DNA of 54,804 nucleotides from an uncultured marine group III euryarchaeote (GTDB lineage: Archaea > Thermoplasmatota > Poseidoniia > MGIII > CG-Epi1): positions 1 to 54,804 of the forward strand of contig CACALG010000002.1 of the NCBI GenBank assembly GCA_902533295.1, in the 5' to 3' direction. Every line of letters begins with the position of its first letter. Position 1 is the stretch's first letter. The notes under the pieces were generated by a model. The model ran no database searches and was not told the origin of the DNA. It saw only the letters and a program-made list of their open reading frames with translations. A program made the position numbers and the translations under genes. Of this stretch, positions 16,563 to 25,821 are shown in pieces.

Positions 16563-19499
16563 TCATTTTCTACGAACAATTCTTGATAATAAGGATACTA
16601 AGAGAATGACTGAAATCAGACTTGGGCCTGGAAGTAAACTGTCCTCTTCTTCTTCAATAGGTTCATCAATAACTACATCTGATTTGAGAACTGTAAACGG
16701 TAATGCTTTCTTGACAGATTTTGATTGGTCTGTACTCAATGTCACATTAAGAGTTCCAGAAGCTTCGGTTGCAGCTTGCATTAGTGGTGGTTTGACCTCA
16801 ATAGTTATTTCTTGCCAGCCACCTGGAACAAGCTCATCTGTTTCAGAAGGTAAGGTAAACCATGACGTTCTTTTACCTTCTATTTTAAGACTGCATGTCT
16901 CAACGGTATTTCCATTATTAGTAATGCGAACTGTGAATTTTCCAATAGTACCTGCTGTAACATCATCTGCTGTTGTTTTGACTTCGACATCAATGTCTGC
17001 TTTTTCATCAATGTATATTACAAAAGAAATACCAATTTCTTCTCCTGATTGATCAGAAGAAACTTTAGCATCAATAGCATTGTCACCTCCGAAAACATTC
17101 TCTGGAACATCAATATTCAGATAAATTGTTTTTGATTGCATTGGACCCAATGTAAATGATGATTCTGAAAAAGAGGCCAACCATCCTGCAGGTGCTGAAG
17201 GCGATGGCAAACTAACATAATCTACCGAATTTCCCTCGTTAGTTACAATTATTTGGAAAGGAATAGAATCACCAGGTGCACCATCCTTTCTTTCAGTAGG
17301 TACTTCAACTGATAAATCATAGACGGGATTTGTATAAACTGTAAATGTATCAAAATTTGAAACTTTGTTATTTAGACCTGAGACTGCTTCAAGATGGAGG
17401 AAAACACCATTTACCACATTGGCAGCTTCATTTGGATTTGTAGTTATTTGTAACACAAAAGAAGAGGTCTGCCCCTTACCGACAGAAATTTTAGAAGAAC
17501 ATACACTATTGACAAGAATACATGTTTCCCACCCCTCAGGAAGACCTGTGACTTCTAAATTAATGTCGTCCTCTATGTTTGCGTTATTTGTTACTTCAAC
17601 ATTAAAAATATGTATTTCACCAGGGCCTTCAAAGGATTCAATTTCCAAAACATCTATTGTGAATTCAGCATAATATTCGATTTTAACTGAAATGGCTAAT
17701 TCTGCAACCTTAAAGTCGTCTTCATCTAATATTACATCAATTGTAAAGTTAAAGAAACCTGGATTTTCATTATCTGCAACTGTAAAAGCAAAATTGAAAC
17801 CCTCTGCACCACCATATGGTTCTAATTCCATAGTTTGGTATGGCAGATTTTCAAAAGTCCATCCGTCTGGAATCTCATCCGATTCAAAAGTATATGATTG
17901 ATGGCTGTTACCCAAATTAGTAATCGTTACAGCCATATCTGAAGAATCCCCTGGATTCATAATAAAACCGGAATCCCAAGCAACATGACGATTCAAGACT
18001 TTATCAACTGTTGTAAGTGTTGTTATGTCATCTGTAACTGAAGTATCTGTTTTGGAATGTGCTATGACGCCCATTTCTGCAGATTCAGTATTTCTAGCAG
18101 AACTAGGAACATCCACGTATAATCCAATTTCAAAAACATCACCATCATCCAAATCTAAAATTTCATAAGTACTTAGATCAACACCCCAAGCGCTACAATC
18201 ATCACACCTGATAATTTCTAAGACAAAATCATCCGGGTCTGAACCTGTATTCTCAAGACTAACTGTGTAAACAACAGTAGTCCCTGGGTCACCGCCTTTC
18301 TCTACAGAATCAACAGATAGACTCAAATCAAGTATTGGAATTCTAACTGAAGTATTCATTTGAACTGAATCACTAAAATGATCTCTATTCATGGAAGTTA
18401 CTTCAACAAATGATAGTGACCAATCATCCTCATCAGAATCATCAGGACTAGTAACATTCATTACAACAACTGTCTCCTCACCTGGTTCTAAATTCTCAAT
18501 AAAAAATTGACTTAAATTAGAACCCCAACCATCTTTCATTACATCACCTATTTCTAGAGTGTATGAATCTGCTGAATCACCATTATTTGAAACATATAGT
18601 GAATACAATGTTTGACCTCCTGGAATTACTTGCTTGTCAAAAGCATCAGGAATAATATCTACATCATAAGTTAAACCATCATTAACGGATGTATTAGTGT
18701 CACAGTAACCATAAATATAATCATAGGAAGAAGTTTGGACACGGGCAAAGGCTTGAATTACAGCGTACTCATCCTCTGCAGCTTTAAGAGGAATACTAAC
18801 CTCAAGTGCAAAGGTTTCTGATTCATCAGGATCCAATTCTATTGAATCTAAACCAGGTTCAGATTCCCAATCCCAAGGTAAATCGCCTACCTCTAATGCA
18901 AATTCCTCACTTGTTTCACCAACATTCTTTACTTCTATTGAATAATAAACGTCTTCACCACGATTTCCATTCTTATTCGGAGACTCGCGCAAATAAATAT
19001 CTACAGCATAAATCATATCTATTTCTAGAGTGTATTGTCGTGTATCGCTAACTGATGTTGAATTTTGTGAAGTAGCTTTTACATTGAAATCCATTGAATC
19101 ACTATCATAAACTCCTTGAACTGGAGCTTGAAATGTAAATGATACAACTTCTTGACTGCCTGAAGCTACAGATACAGTTCCTTGGTCTGCTTCAGCATCC
19201 CAACCTACTTCATATTCATCATCCCAAGTAACTGAAAGATCGTAAGTATCATCAAATGTACCTGTATTAGATACTGTGAATTCTGCAGTTAACTCTTCAT
19301 TACGTGTTACTTCTGAAAATCCCGTATTACCTTCTGCAAATTCAACTGAGACTTCGTAATCTCCTCTTGCTAAGTCTCTATTTGAGTCAGAAAAAAGTTT
19401 TGAATTTTGCTCTACACTACTATGGTTTACACCTACAATCGGAGAAACCAAAATTAATGCGAGTAGCGTCACTATAAAGCTAGAAGCGCTCTTAGACAT
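16563..19499 (-). CDS. Large cell-surface (S-layer/adhesin-like) protein with about 8 CARDB/COG1361-like Ig-fold repeats and a C-terminal anchor
   Basis: Signal peptide MSKSASSFIVTLLALILVSPIVG. A recurring V-x-N-x-G-x(4-5)-[FY]-x-L motif occurs 8 times (VSNTGTFDDTYDL, VKNVGETSEEFAL, VSNNGDSADSYTL, LENTGSDPDDFVL, ITNLGNSHQSYTF, VTNNANIEDDINL, VTNEGNSVDYVSL, ITNNGNTVETCSL). C-terminal tail PGPSLISVILLVSLLSRIVRRK. Confidence 0.8.
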   Translation of the reverse strand: MSKSASSFIVTLLALILVSPIVGVNHSSVEQNSKLFSDSNRDLARGDYEVSVEFAEGNTGFSEVTRNEELTAEFTVSNTGTFDDTYDLSVTWDDEYEVGWDAEADQGTVSVASGSQEVVSFTFQAPVQGVYDSDSMDFNVKATSQNSTSVSDTRQYTLEIDMIYAVDIYLRESPNKNGNRGEDVYYSIEVKNVGETSEEFALEVGDLPWDWESEPGLDSIELDPDESETFALEVSIPLKAAEDEYAVIQAFARVQTSSYDYIYGYCDTNTSVNDGLTYDVDIIPDAFDKQVIPGGQTLYSLYVSNNGDSADSYTLEIGDVMKDGWGSNLSQFFIENLEPGEETVVVMNVTSPDDSDEDDWSLSFVEVTSMNRDHFSDSVQMNTSVRIPILDLSLSVDSVEKGGDPGTTVVYTVSLENTGSDPDDFVLEIIRCDDCSAWGVDLSTYEILDLDDGDVFEIGLYVDVPSSARNTESAEMGVIAHSKTDTSVTDDITTLTTVDKVLNRHVAWDSGFIMNPGDSSDMAVTITNLGNSHQSYTFESDEIPDGWTFENLPYQTMELEPYGGAEGFNFAFTVADNENPGFFNFTIDVILDEDDFKVAELAISVKIEYYAEFTIDVLEIESFEGPGEIHIFNVEVTNNANIEDDINLEVTGLPEGWETCILVNSVCSSKISVGKGQTSSFVLQITTNPNEAANVVNGVFLHLEAVSGLNNKVSNFDTFTVYTNPVYDLSVEVPTERKDGAPGDSIPFQIIVTNEGNSVDYVSLPSPSAPAGWLASFSESSFTLGPMQSKTIYLNIDVPENVFGGDNAIDAKVSSDQSGEEIGISFVIYIDEKADIDVEVKTTADDVTAGTIGKFTVRITNNGNTVETCSLKIEGKRTSWFTLPSETDELVPGGWQEITIEVKPPLMQAATEASGTLNVTLSTDQSKSVKKALPFTVLKSDVVIDEPIEEEEDSLLPGPSLISVILLVSLLSRIVRRK

Positions 19500-19533
19500 A
19501 AATTATAGATGGAGTCTAAAGTTTATATAATTA

Positions 19534-19878
19534 TTACTCGCCATTTTCTTTGTCATCTTGGCCCTTATCCAAGGCCTTTGTTATAGATTTTACTTCTTTT
19601 TCTAAATTGTGTATATCATCCTTGAGTTTCAGCATAGAAACTTCAAAAGGGGTGAACCCTTGACTTGAAAGAGCTCTTGTAGCTATGAACATGCCTATTA
19701 AAATTCCGCCCAAAACAGAGGCTAGGAGAACCGTAAAAACTTGAAATGAATAATAGGTAAGCAGACCACTAACGTCTAGCGGTATAACTCCTTGATTAAT
19801 TAAAAACATCAACAACAAAAAGACTACAACAGATGCAACTGTAGCTTGATAAATTACTGGGAATTTTGTGGGATTCAT
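19534..19878 (-). CDS. Small membrane protein (2-3 TM) with a C-terminal amphipathic/coiled helix
   Basis: Hydrophobic segments VASVVVFLLLMFLI, FQVFTVLLASVLGGILIGMFIA, then KLKDDIHNLEKEVKSITKAL. 4-nt overlap with the upstream gene. Confidence 0.5.
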   Translation of the reverse strand: MNPTKFPVIYQATVASVVVFLLLMFLINQGVIPLDVSGLLTYYSFQVFTVLLASVLGGILIGMFIATRALSSQGFTPFEVSMLKLKDDIHNLEKEVKSITKALDKGQDDKENGE

Positions 19879-20333
19879 TCTCTAAACTCCAAAGCTTTGT
19901 TATGAGGTAAATTCCAAATTGAAGGAAGCTCCTCATCACTTTCTTCAACTAAAACCTCAGCAATATATTTATCATCTTCGGTATCTTCTAATTGAGATAT
20001 CCGAATTTTACAATTATAATCCCAAAAAACTTTTTTGAGATCTGCCGCCACATACAAATTGAAATAACCGTCTTCATCCGTTATATTTTCCATTTCATCC
20101 TTAGAAATGTGTTTTTGGTGGCTAAAGACAGATGCTAAAGTTTCATTAACTCCTCCTACAAAAATTGTCAGATTGTCCATTTTTACACGCGGTATTGAAT
20201 AAATATAAATCCATGTACTTTCATCATCAGAGTCCAGTTGTAAAGATATAATCGTCATACTTGGGTTTGTATCTTGACAGCCTGCAAAGGCAATTGTAAT
20301 GAGCATCAGGGCTATACCAAAGGTCCGGTACAC
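19875..20333 (-). CDS. Putative secreted lipoprotein (152 aa)
   Basis: Signal peptide ending in the lipobox-like IAFAGC. Acidic mature part. GTG start at 20333, or ATG at 20306. Confidence 0.5.
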   Translation of the reverse strand: MYRTFGIALMLITIAFAGCQDTNPSMTIISLQLDSDDESTWIYIYSIPRVKMDNLTIFVGGVNETLASVFSHQKHISKDEMENITDEDGYFNLYVAADLKKVFWDYNCKIRISQLEDTEDDKYIAEVLVEESDEELPSIWNLPHNKALEFRE

Positions 20334-20405
20334 TTAATGATTCTAGAGAAAGGGGCTAATAAAAATAACCATTCTAATAAAGGATAGTATCAATAACTAG
20401 CCTTC

Positions 20406-20861
20406 GTGAGGGGAATTATGCCTGCAAAAGGTTTTCAGATAATTGGAATCGAAGCGAAGAGGCACCGGAAATCTGGCCCTCAAAAACAAGTTAGAATCGA
20501 TCATAATACTAATATTGTTTCTGTAAGAAAGATTAGTGATAACGAATTAATTGTAGAAGCAAGATATACTGTTTCATATGGGCTATTAGGCATTGTTCAA
20601 TTAGATTGTGAAGTTACATATCATGAAGGAAAAAGTGATTCTATCAAAAAAGCTGATGAAAGATGGCAAAAAGAACACAAATTACCTGATAATATTGCAG
20701 AAATGATTCATAATCGCGTCTTGGGGCAAGGATCATTTGAAGTCTTAAACATAGCTAAAAAATTGAATCTACCACCACCCTTCAAAATAGAGGTACCACA
20801 AATAAAAATTGGTAAAAAAGGTGAAGTTTCTAAGAATCATAGTGGACCTGAAGTAGCATAA
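20406..20861 (+). CDS. Hypothetical protein (151 aa), possibly SecB-like fold
   Basis: ORF 2 nt upstream of the Zn-ribbon membrane paralogue. GTG at 20406, or ATG at 20418 preceded by GAGGGG. The strand/helix pattern (FQIIGIEAKR..., LDCEVTY..., LPDNIAEMIHNRVL...LNLPPP) loosely recalls SecB. This is not a confident call. Confidence 0.5.
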   Translation: MRGIMPAKGFQIIGIEAKRHRKSGPQKQVRIDHNTNIVSVRKISDNELIVEARYTVSYGLLGIVQLDCEVTYHEGKSDSIKKADERWQKEHKLPDNIAEMIHNRVLGQGSFEVLNIAKKLNLPPPFKIEVPQIKIGKKGEVSKNHSGPEVA

Positions 20862-20862
20862 G

Positions 20863-21753
20863 ATGGAAAAGATTGAATTTGAATGTCCTGTTTGTGATGA
20901 AAAGAATAGCATAATCTTAATGGGATACGATAAAGCTGAATTTGATAAAAAATGTAACAGTTGTAAATCAGATTTAGAGATTCTCAAAACTGATGATGAT
21001 ATTCGTGTTAAGTCAAAAAAGAAAATTACAAATCTGGAAAGCAGTGTTCCTTTGGATTACAAAAAATATAAGCCAGAAAAAACAAATGAGAAAACAGCTG
21101 TATTTATTGCCATTCTAATATTAACTTCTTCTCTAATGGGTATATCTACTGGTTGGAGCTTATCAAATGCACTTGAGATTGATTATAGTGATGAAGAAGA
21201 AATAAATTTAGAAATTGTTGTTATACTTGGGGCTGCTGCAAATAATGCTTCTAATTTAGAAAATGTAACAATTTTCTTTAACAATGAAGAAATGAACTAT
21301 AAATATAATGAAAATGGAAGCTACAATGTTCTTGTAACTCCTGGTAAGTATACTGCAAGAGTAATCGCTACAGAACATAAAACTGCAACTATGGAATTTT
21401 TTGTACCTCCTCAAGAGAATTATTTACGTTTACCAGAGACAAATGAAGGAATTGAAGGAGTAAATAAATTTACTTTTAGAATGGAAGAAGGTAATGGAAA
21501 TATTACTTTAGAAGAGAATGTTTACATCAAGGTATTTTCTTGGTGTCCTAATTTAGCCTATCTTTTCTCATTAATGGGAATTTGGGGGTCATTCGTTACT
21601 TACAAACGCCAATCTTACAAAAATGCACAAATTGGAGCATTCTTTTCTGTAATGGCTATGGGTTTCCTAATAATAGGCCCAATATTAGGGATTATGGCCT
21701 TATATTATCTCAAAAAACATAAAAATATCTTCACCGCTTCTTTTAAAAACTAG
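20863..21753 (+). CDS. Membrane protein: Zn-ribbon, TM, carboxypeptidase-regulatory-like beta-sandwich, 2-TM hairpin (paralogue of 1158..2357)
   Basis: CPVC-x19-CNSC. TM VFIAILILTSSLMGISTGW. NVTIFFNNEEMNYKYNENGSYNVLVTPGKYTARVIATEHKTATMEFFV. C-terminal GFLIIGPILGIMALYYLKKHKNIF aligns with GFLIGSILSVIALSFLLVDRKKF of the 399-aa protein. Confidence 0.65.
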   Translation: MEKIEFECPVCDEKNSIILMGYDKAEFDKKCNSCKSDLEILKTDDDIRVKSKKKITNLESSVPLDYKKYKPEKTNEKTAVFIAILILTSSLMGISTGWSLSNALEIDYSDEEEINLEIVVILGAAANNASNLENVTIFFNNEEMNYKYNENGSYNVLVTPGKYTARVIATEHKTATMEFFVPPQENYLRLPETNEGIEGVNKFTFRMEEGNGNITLEENVYIKVFSWCPNLAYLFSLMGIWGSFVTYKRQSYKNAQIGAFFSVMAMGFLIIGPILGIMALYYLKKHKNIFTASFKN

Positions 21754-21770
21754 AAGTACGCGCCTATTTT

Positions 21771-23492
21771 GTGAGCTTGAAGGCTGGACTGGAAGTTCAT
21801 CAGCAGCTTGATTGTGGAAAACTTTTCTGTAAATGTGATGCTTTAGAAGCTGGAAATGACAGAATATTTACAAGAAGATTACATGCAACTTCGAGCGAAA
21901 TGGGCACTGTTGATATTGCTGCAAAGGCTGAAGGAATAAGAAAATTCACCTATTTTAACAAGAGCTGCAACTGTTTAGTTTATACTGATGAAGAACCACC
22001 TCGTGGCCCAAATAAAAATGCAATAGAAATTGCACTACAATTTGCAAAACTTGCAGATTCAAAGATAATTGAAGAGATACATTTCATGAGGAAAGTAGTA
22101 GTTGATGGATCAAACACTAGTGGATTTCAAAGAACTGCCTTAGTTGCTACAGGTGGTAAAATAAAATACGAAAATGGAACTATTGAACTTGATCAAATTT
22201 GCCTTGAGGAAGATTCATGCAGACATGGAAAGAACAAAGATGAATATCTTTTAGATAGATTAGGTATTCCTTTACTAGAAATTACTACTAAACCTCAACT
22301 AAAGACTCCTGAACAAGTGCAAAACGCTGCAAAAGCTTTGGGCCGACTTTTGCGTGCATGTAGAGTAAAAAGAGGATTAGGAACAATTCGCCAAGATGTC
22401 AATGTTTCCATTGATGGGGGAGAACGTGTAGAACTCAAAGGATTTCAGGATTTATCATCTATGTCAAAAGTTGTTGAAAATGAAATTGAGAGACAGACCA
22501 ACCTAAAAGCATTGAAAGGATGTGAAGTTTCAGAAACAATGGATGTGACAAAATATATTTCTAAAGATAGGGGTACTGCATTGGCATGCAAATTAACGGG
22601 CTGGAAGGATAACTTAGGAACTAAGGATTCTCCTAAAGGACACATAAGAATGGGGCAAGAACTATCTGATTACGCTAAAAAAGCAGGAGTCAAAGGAATA
22701 ATGCATAGTGATGAATTACCTGCCTATGGCATAAGTTCTGAAGAAACTGAAGAAATACAAAAGCAATTAAATTGTAAAAAAGATGATGCTTTTGTTTTGG
22801 TATTTGGAAAACTGGATATGGCTAAAGATGCAATGAAACGAGTTATAGATAGAGCTGGTATTAATGGAGTCCCCAAAGAAGTGAGAAGAGTAACGCCAGA
22901 AGGAAGTACTCGATTCTTAAGGCCAATGCCAGGAGCCTCAAGGATGTATCCTGAAACTGACATCCCACCAATGACTCTAAGCAAAATATATGTAAAAATT
23001 CCAAAAACATTAGACCAAAGAGAAGCTGAAATTCCATTGAATGATGAAGAGTCTAAGCAAATCGTATCAAGAAATTTAGATAAGAAATTCTATGATTTGA
23101 TTGAAATATATGATAATCCAAGTATAATATCTAGATTATTATTACATACCTTACCCAACTTAGAAAATGACGAAAACATAATAGTTGGAAATAAAGCAAT
23201 TACTAAAGTATTGGAATTAGTTAGAGATAAAAAAATAGCTAAGGAAGGAATCAAAATTGCCTTAGTACAAGTCAGGAAAGGTGAAGAAATAGAACTGATG
23301 AATGAAAATATTGAAGCAGAAGTGGCTGATTTTATAAAAAATCTGATTGATGAAAAAATTGACTTTGTGAAGGAAAAAGGAATGGGAGCTATTGGACCTT
23401 TAATGGGGCCTGTAATGTCTAACTTCAGGGGAAAAATGGATGGCTCAAAAATAAATGAACTTCTCATTAAAGAAATAAAAGGGAAAATATGA
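21771..23492 (+). CDS. gatE: Glutamyl-tRNA(Gln) amidotransferase subunit E
   Basis: N-terminal LKAGLEVHQQLD..KLFCKC, an AspRS-like insertion, and a GatB/YqeY-like C-terminal tail. GTG start. No gatD adjacent. Confidence 0.9.
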   Translation: MSLKAGLEVHQQLDCGKLFCKCDALEAGNDRIFTRRLHATSSEMGTVDIAAKAEGIRKFTYFNKSCNCLVYTDEEPPRGPNKNAIEIALQFAKLADSKIIEEIHFMRKVVVDGSNTSGFQRTALVATGGKIKYENGTIELDQICLEEDSCRHGKNKDEYLLDRLGIPLLEITTKPQLKTPEQVQNAAKALGRLLRACRVKRGLGTIRQDVNVSIDGGERVELKGFQDLSSMSKVVENEIERQTNLKALKGCEVSETMDVTKYISKDRGTALACKLTGWKDNLGTKDSPKGHIRMGQELSDYAKKAGVKGIMHSDELPAYGISSEETEEIQKQLNCKKDDAFVLVFGKLDMAKDAMKRVIDRAGINGVPKEVRRVTPEGSTRFLRPMPGASRMYPETDIPPMTLSKIYVKIPKTLDQREAEIPLNDEESKQIVSRNLDKKFYDLIEIYDNPSIISRLLLHTLPNLENDENIIVGNKAITKVLELVRDKKIAKEGIKIALVQVRKGEEIELMNENIEAEVADFIKNLIDEKIDFVKEKGMGAIGPLMGPVMSNFRGKMDGSKINELLIKEIKGKI

Positions 23493-24700
23493 TTAAGAAT
23501 GCATTAATCCTAGCTGCTGGAAAAGGTACCCGAATGTGGCCCTTGAGTGAAAATATTCCTAAACCACTTTTACCATTAGGAGGCCTTCCAATTATAGAAA
23601 GACAAATTCAAGAATTAATGAAAGTTGGAGTTGAAGAAGTACATATTTTAATTGGATATCGTATGAAAGAAATCTGTGATTATTTGGATAATGCAGAGCT
23701 AGATGTTAACATACATTACATTGTTCAGGAACAACAGAATGGAACTGGCCATGCTGTAAACCAAGCTAAAGGAAAAATTAGTGGTGATTTTTATTGCTTA
23801 AATGGAGATCTTATAATCAATGCAGAAAATTTGATGATTTTGAGAGAAAATGAAGGAGAATTAACTATGATGGTTACAAAAGTACCTGATAGCAGTAATT
23901 TTGGAGTAGTGGAAAGCAAGAATGGTCACTTAATCTCAATAATTGAAAAAGGAATTGGCGGTGAAGGTATGATTAATGCAGGTATCTTTTTGTTCAATGA
24001 AAAAATTTTCAGTGCTATTGATGGAATAGAAAAATCGATTAGAGGAGAGTATGAACTAACGGATGCACTAGAAAGTATAGCAAACCAAATACATGTCATA
24101 AATTATCAAGGATTCTGGAAAGACATTGGCAATCCTTGGGATTTGATTACCACAAATGAAGAATATATGAAAAATAATGTTGAATCTATTAAAGGAACTA
24201 TAGAAGATAATGTGGCAATAAAAGGTATCATTCATTTAGGAGAAGGATCTATTCTTAAATCCGGAACCTATATTGAGGGGAATGTTTGGATTGGAGATAA
24301 CTGTATCGTTGGACCTAATGCATATGTCAGAGGTGGAACAGTTCTTTGTGGCATGAATAAAATTGGAGCATCTACTGAAGTGAAGAATTCAATCTTTCTA
24401 AAGGGTGCAAAAGCACCACATCATAATTATGTTGGCGATTCGATTATTGGAGAAGGAAGTAATTTAGGTTCTGGAACTAAAATTGCTAATCTTAGATTTG
24501 ATAAGAAAACTATTGAAATAACCCACAAAGGAAAAAAAAGTGATTCAGGCAGAAAAAAATTAGGGGCAATTATTGGAAAAAATGTTAGTACTGGAATAAA
24601 TGCATCGATAAATGCAGGTTCAATCATTGGAAATGATGTTAAAATTGGACCAAATACACTAATATCTGGAACCTACGAATCAAAAAGCACAATAGTATAA
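23489..24700 (+). CDS. Bifunctional sugar-1-phosphate nucleotidyltransferase / acetyltransferase (GlmU-like, archaeal type)
   Basis: LAAGKGTRMWPLSENIPKPLLPL nucleotidyltransferase motif plus C-terminal left-handed beta-helix hexapeptide repeats (IGDNCIVGPNAYV..., IGEGSNLGSGTKI..., IGKNVSTGINASI...). Confidence 0.85.
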   Translation: MIKNALILAAGKGTRMWPLSENIPKPLLPLGGLPIIERQIQELMKVGVEEVHILIGYRMKEICDYLDNAELDVNIHYIVQEQQNGTGHAVNQAKGKISGDFYCLNGDLIINAENLMILRENEGELTMMVTKVPDSSNFGVVESKNGHLISIIEKGIGGEGMINAGIFLFNEKIFSAIDGIEKSIRGEYELTDALESIANQIHVINYQGFWKDIGNPWDLITTNEEYMKNNVESIKGTIEDNVAIKGIIHLGEGSILKSGTYIEGNVWIGDNCIVGPNAYVRGGTVLCGMNKIGASTEVKNSIFLKGAKAPHHNYVGDSIIGEGSNLGSGTKIANLRFDKKTIEITHKGKKSDSGRKKLGAIIGKNVSTGINASINAGSIIGNDVKIGPNTLISGTYESKSTIV

Positions 24701-25821
24701 TGCAAATACTCCAAGTCACTCCATATTTTTACCCTCACTTTGGAGGCGTCGAATCACATGTATTAGGACTTTCAGAGAATTTAATCAAATTAGGACATGA
24801 GGTTGAGGTTGTGACTTCAAGATATAGTCGTATGCCTGAAATTGAAAAATATAATGATATCAAAATAACTCGTTTACCGCAATGGATTAATATGTATAAT
24901 ACACCAGTAGTAACTGCAATTCGATCTTTTGTAAGAAAAAATCATGCTGATGTAGTCCACGTACACTCTCCACCACCTTTTACAGAACGATTTGCTGCAA
25001 AGGGTGCTAAAGAATCAAATAAGCCCTTAGTGGTTACACACCATTGTGATTTAGAATTAAAGGGAATATTTGGAAATATAGCAGTCAATTTATATCAATC
25101 AATGCTGGGGAAATATCCACTAGAAACTGCTGATAAAGTAATATCGACAACAAAAAGCTATGCTAGTACATCAAGGAGTCTATGGGACATAGATGTAGAT
25201 GTAGTCCCGAATGCAGTTGATATTGACAGATTTCATCCCACAAATGAAGGAAAACATATAAGAGAGAAATATGCTGATAATGATGAACCAATAGCTCTTT
25301 TCGTAGGAAGACTAGTGCCTCATAAGGGAATTGGAATACTTATTAGAGCTATAGAAAGGACAGAACGCGGAAAACTACTAATTGTAGGAGATGGGCCGTA
25401 TCTTTCTTGGTTAAAAAAACTTGTTAAAAAATTAGATATTGTAAAAAGAGTTGTATTCGTAGGGCCAATTTCTGATTACTGGCTACCTTCATATTACGCA
25501 GCTACAGACGTCGTCGTTCTGCCTTCTACTTCTAGATTAGAAGCATTCGGAATTGTTGGTCTTGAGGGTATGGCCACAGGAAAACCACTAATCTTAAGCG
25601 ATATTCCTGGTGTTCGTGATGTAATCTCAAATGAAGAAGGATTTATTGTTGAACCCTTAGATCCTGATGCAATTTCTGAGGCTTTAGAAAAAATCTGGAA
25701 TGGGCCTGAAATGGCAAAACAAATGGGAAAGAAAGGAAGGGAACGTGTTGTTAATCTATTTTCATGGGAAAAGGTTGCGAAGGATGTTGAAAAAATATTT
25801 TACGATGTCACCTCTAAATAA
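24700..25821 (+). CDS. Glycosyltransferase family 4 (GT-B)
   Basis: MQILQVTPYFYPHFGGVESHV N-terminus. GRLVPHKGIGILI. EAFGIVGLEGMATGKPLILSDIPG (E-x7-E motif). Confidence 0.85.
   Translation: MQILQVTPYFYPHFGGVESHVLGLSENLIKLGHEVEVVTSRYSRMPEIEKYNDIKITRLPQWINMYNTPVVTAIRSFVRKNHADVVHVHSPPPFTERFAAKGAKESNKPLVVTHHCDLELKGIFGNIAVNLYQSMLGKYPLETADKVISTTKSYASTSRSLWDIDVDVVPNAVDIDRFHPTNEGKHIREKYADNDEPIALFVGRLVPHKGIGILIRAIERTERGKLLIVGDGPYLSWLKKLVKKLDIVKRVVFVGPISDYWLPSYYAATDVVVLPSTSRLEAFGIVGLEGMATGKPLILSDIPGVRDVISNEEGFIVEPLDPDAISEALEKIWNGPEMAKQMGKKGRERVVNLFSWEKVAKDVEKIFYDVTSK

Noticed and set aside
16546-17052. 168-aa plus-strand ORF (and 17365..17673, 17692..17901, 18806..19051) inside the 978-aa surface-protein gene
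   Set aside because: These are antisense shadow ORFs of a long, well-supported minus-strand CDS. Their Ser/Thr/Val-rich, low-complexity translations carry no motifs.
23090-23467. 125-aa minus-strand ORF, plus 22445..22645 and 22724..22984, inside gatE
   Set aside because: They are shadow ORFs antisense to a confidently identified conserved gene.
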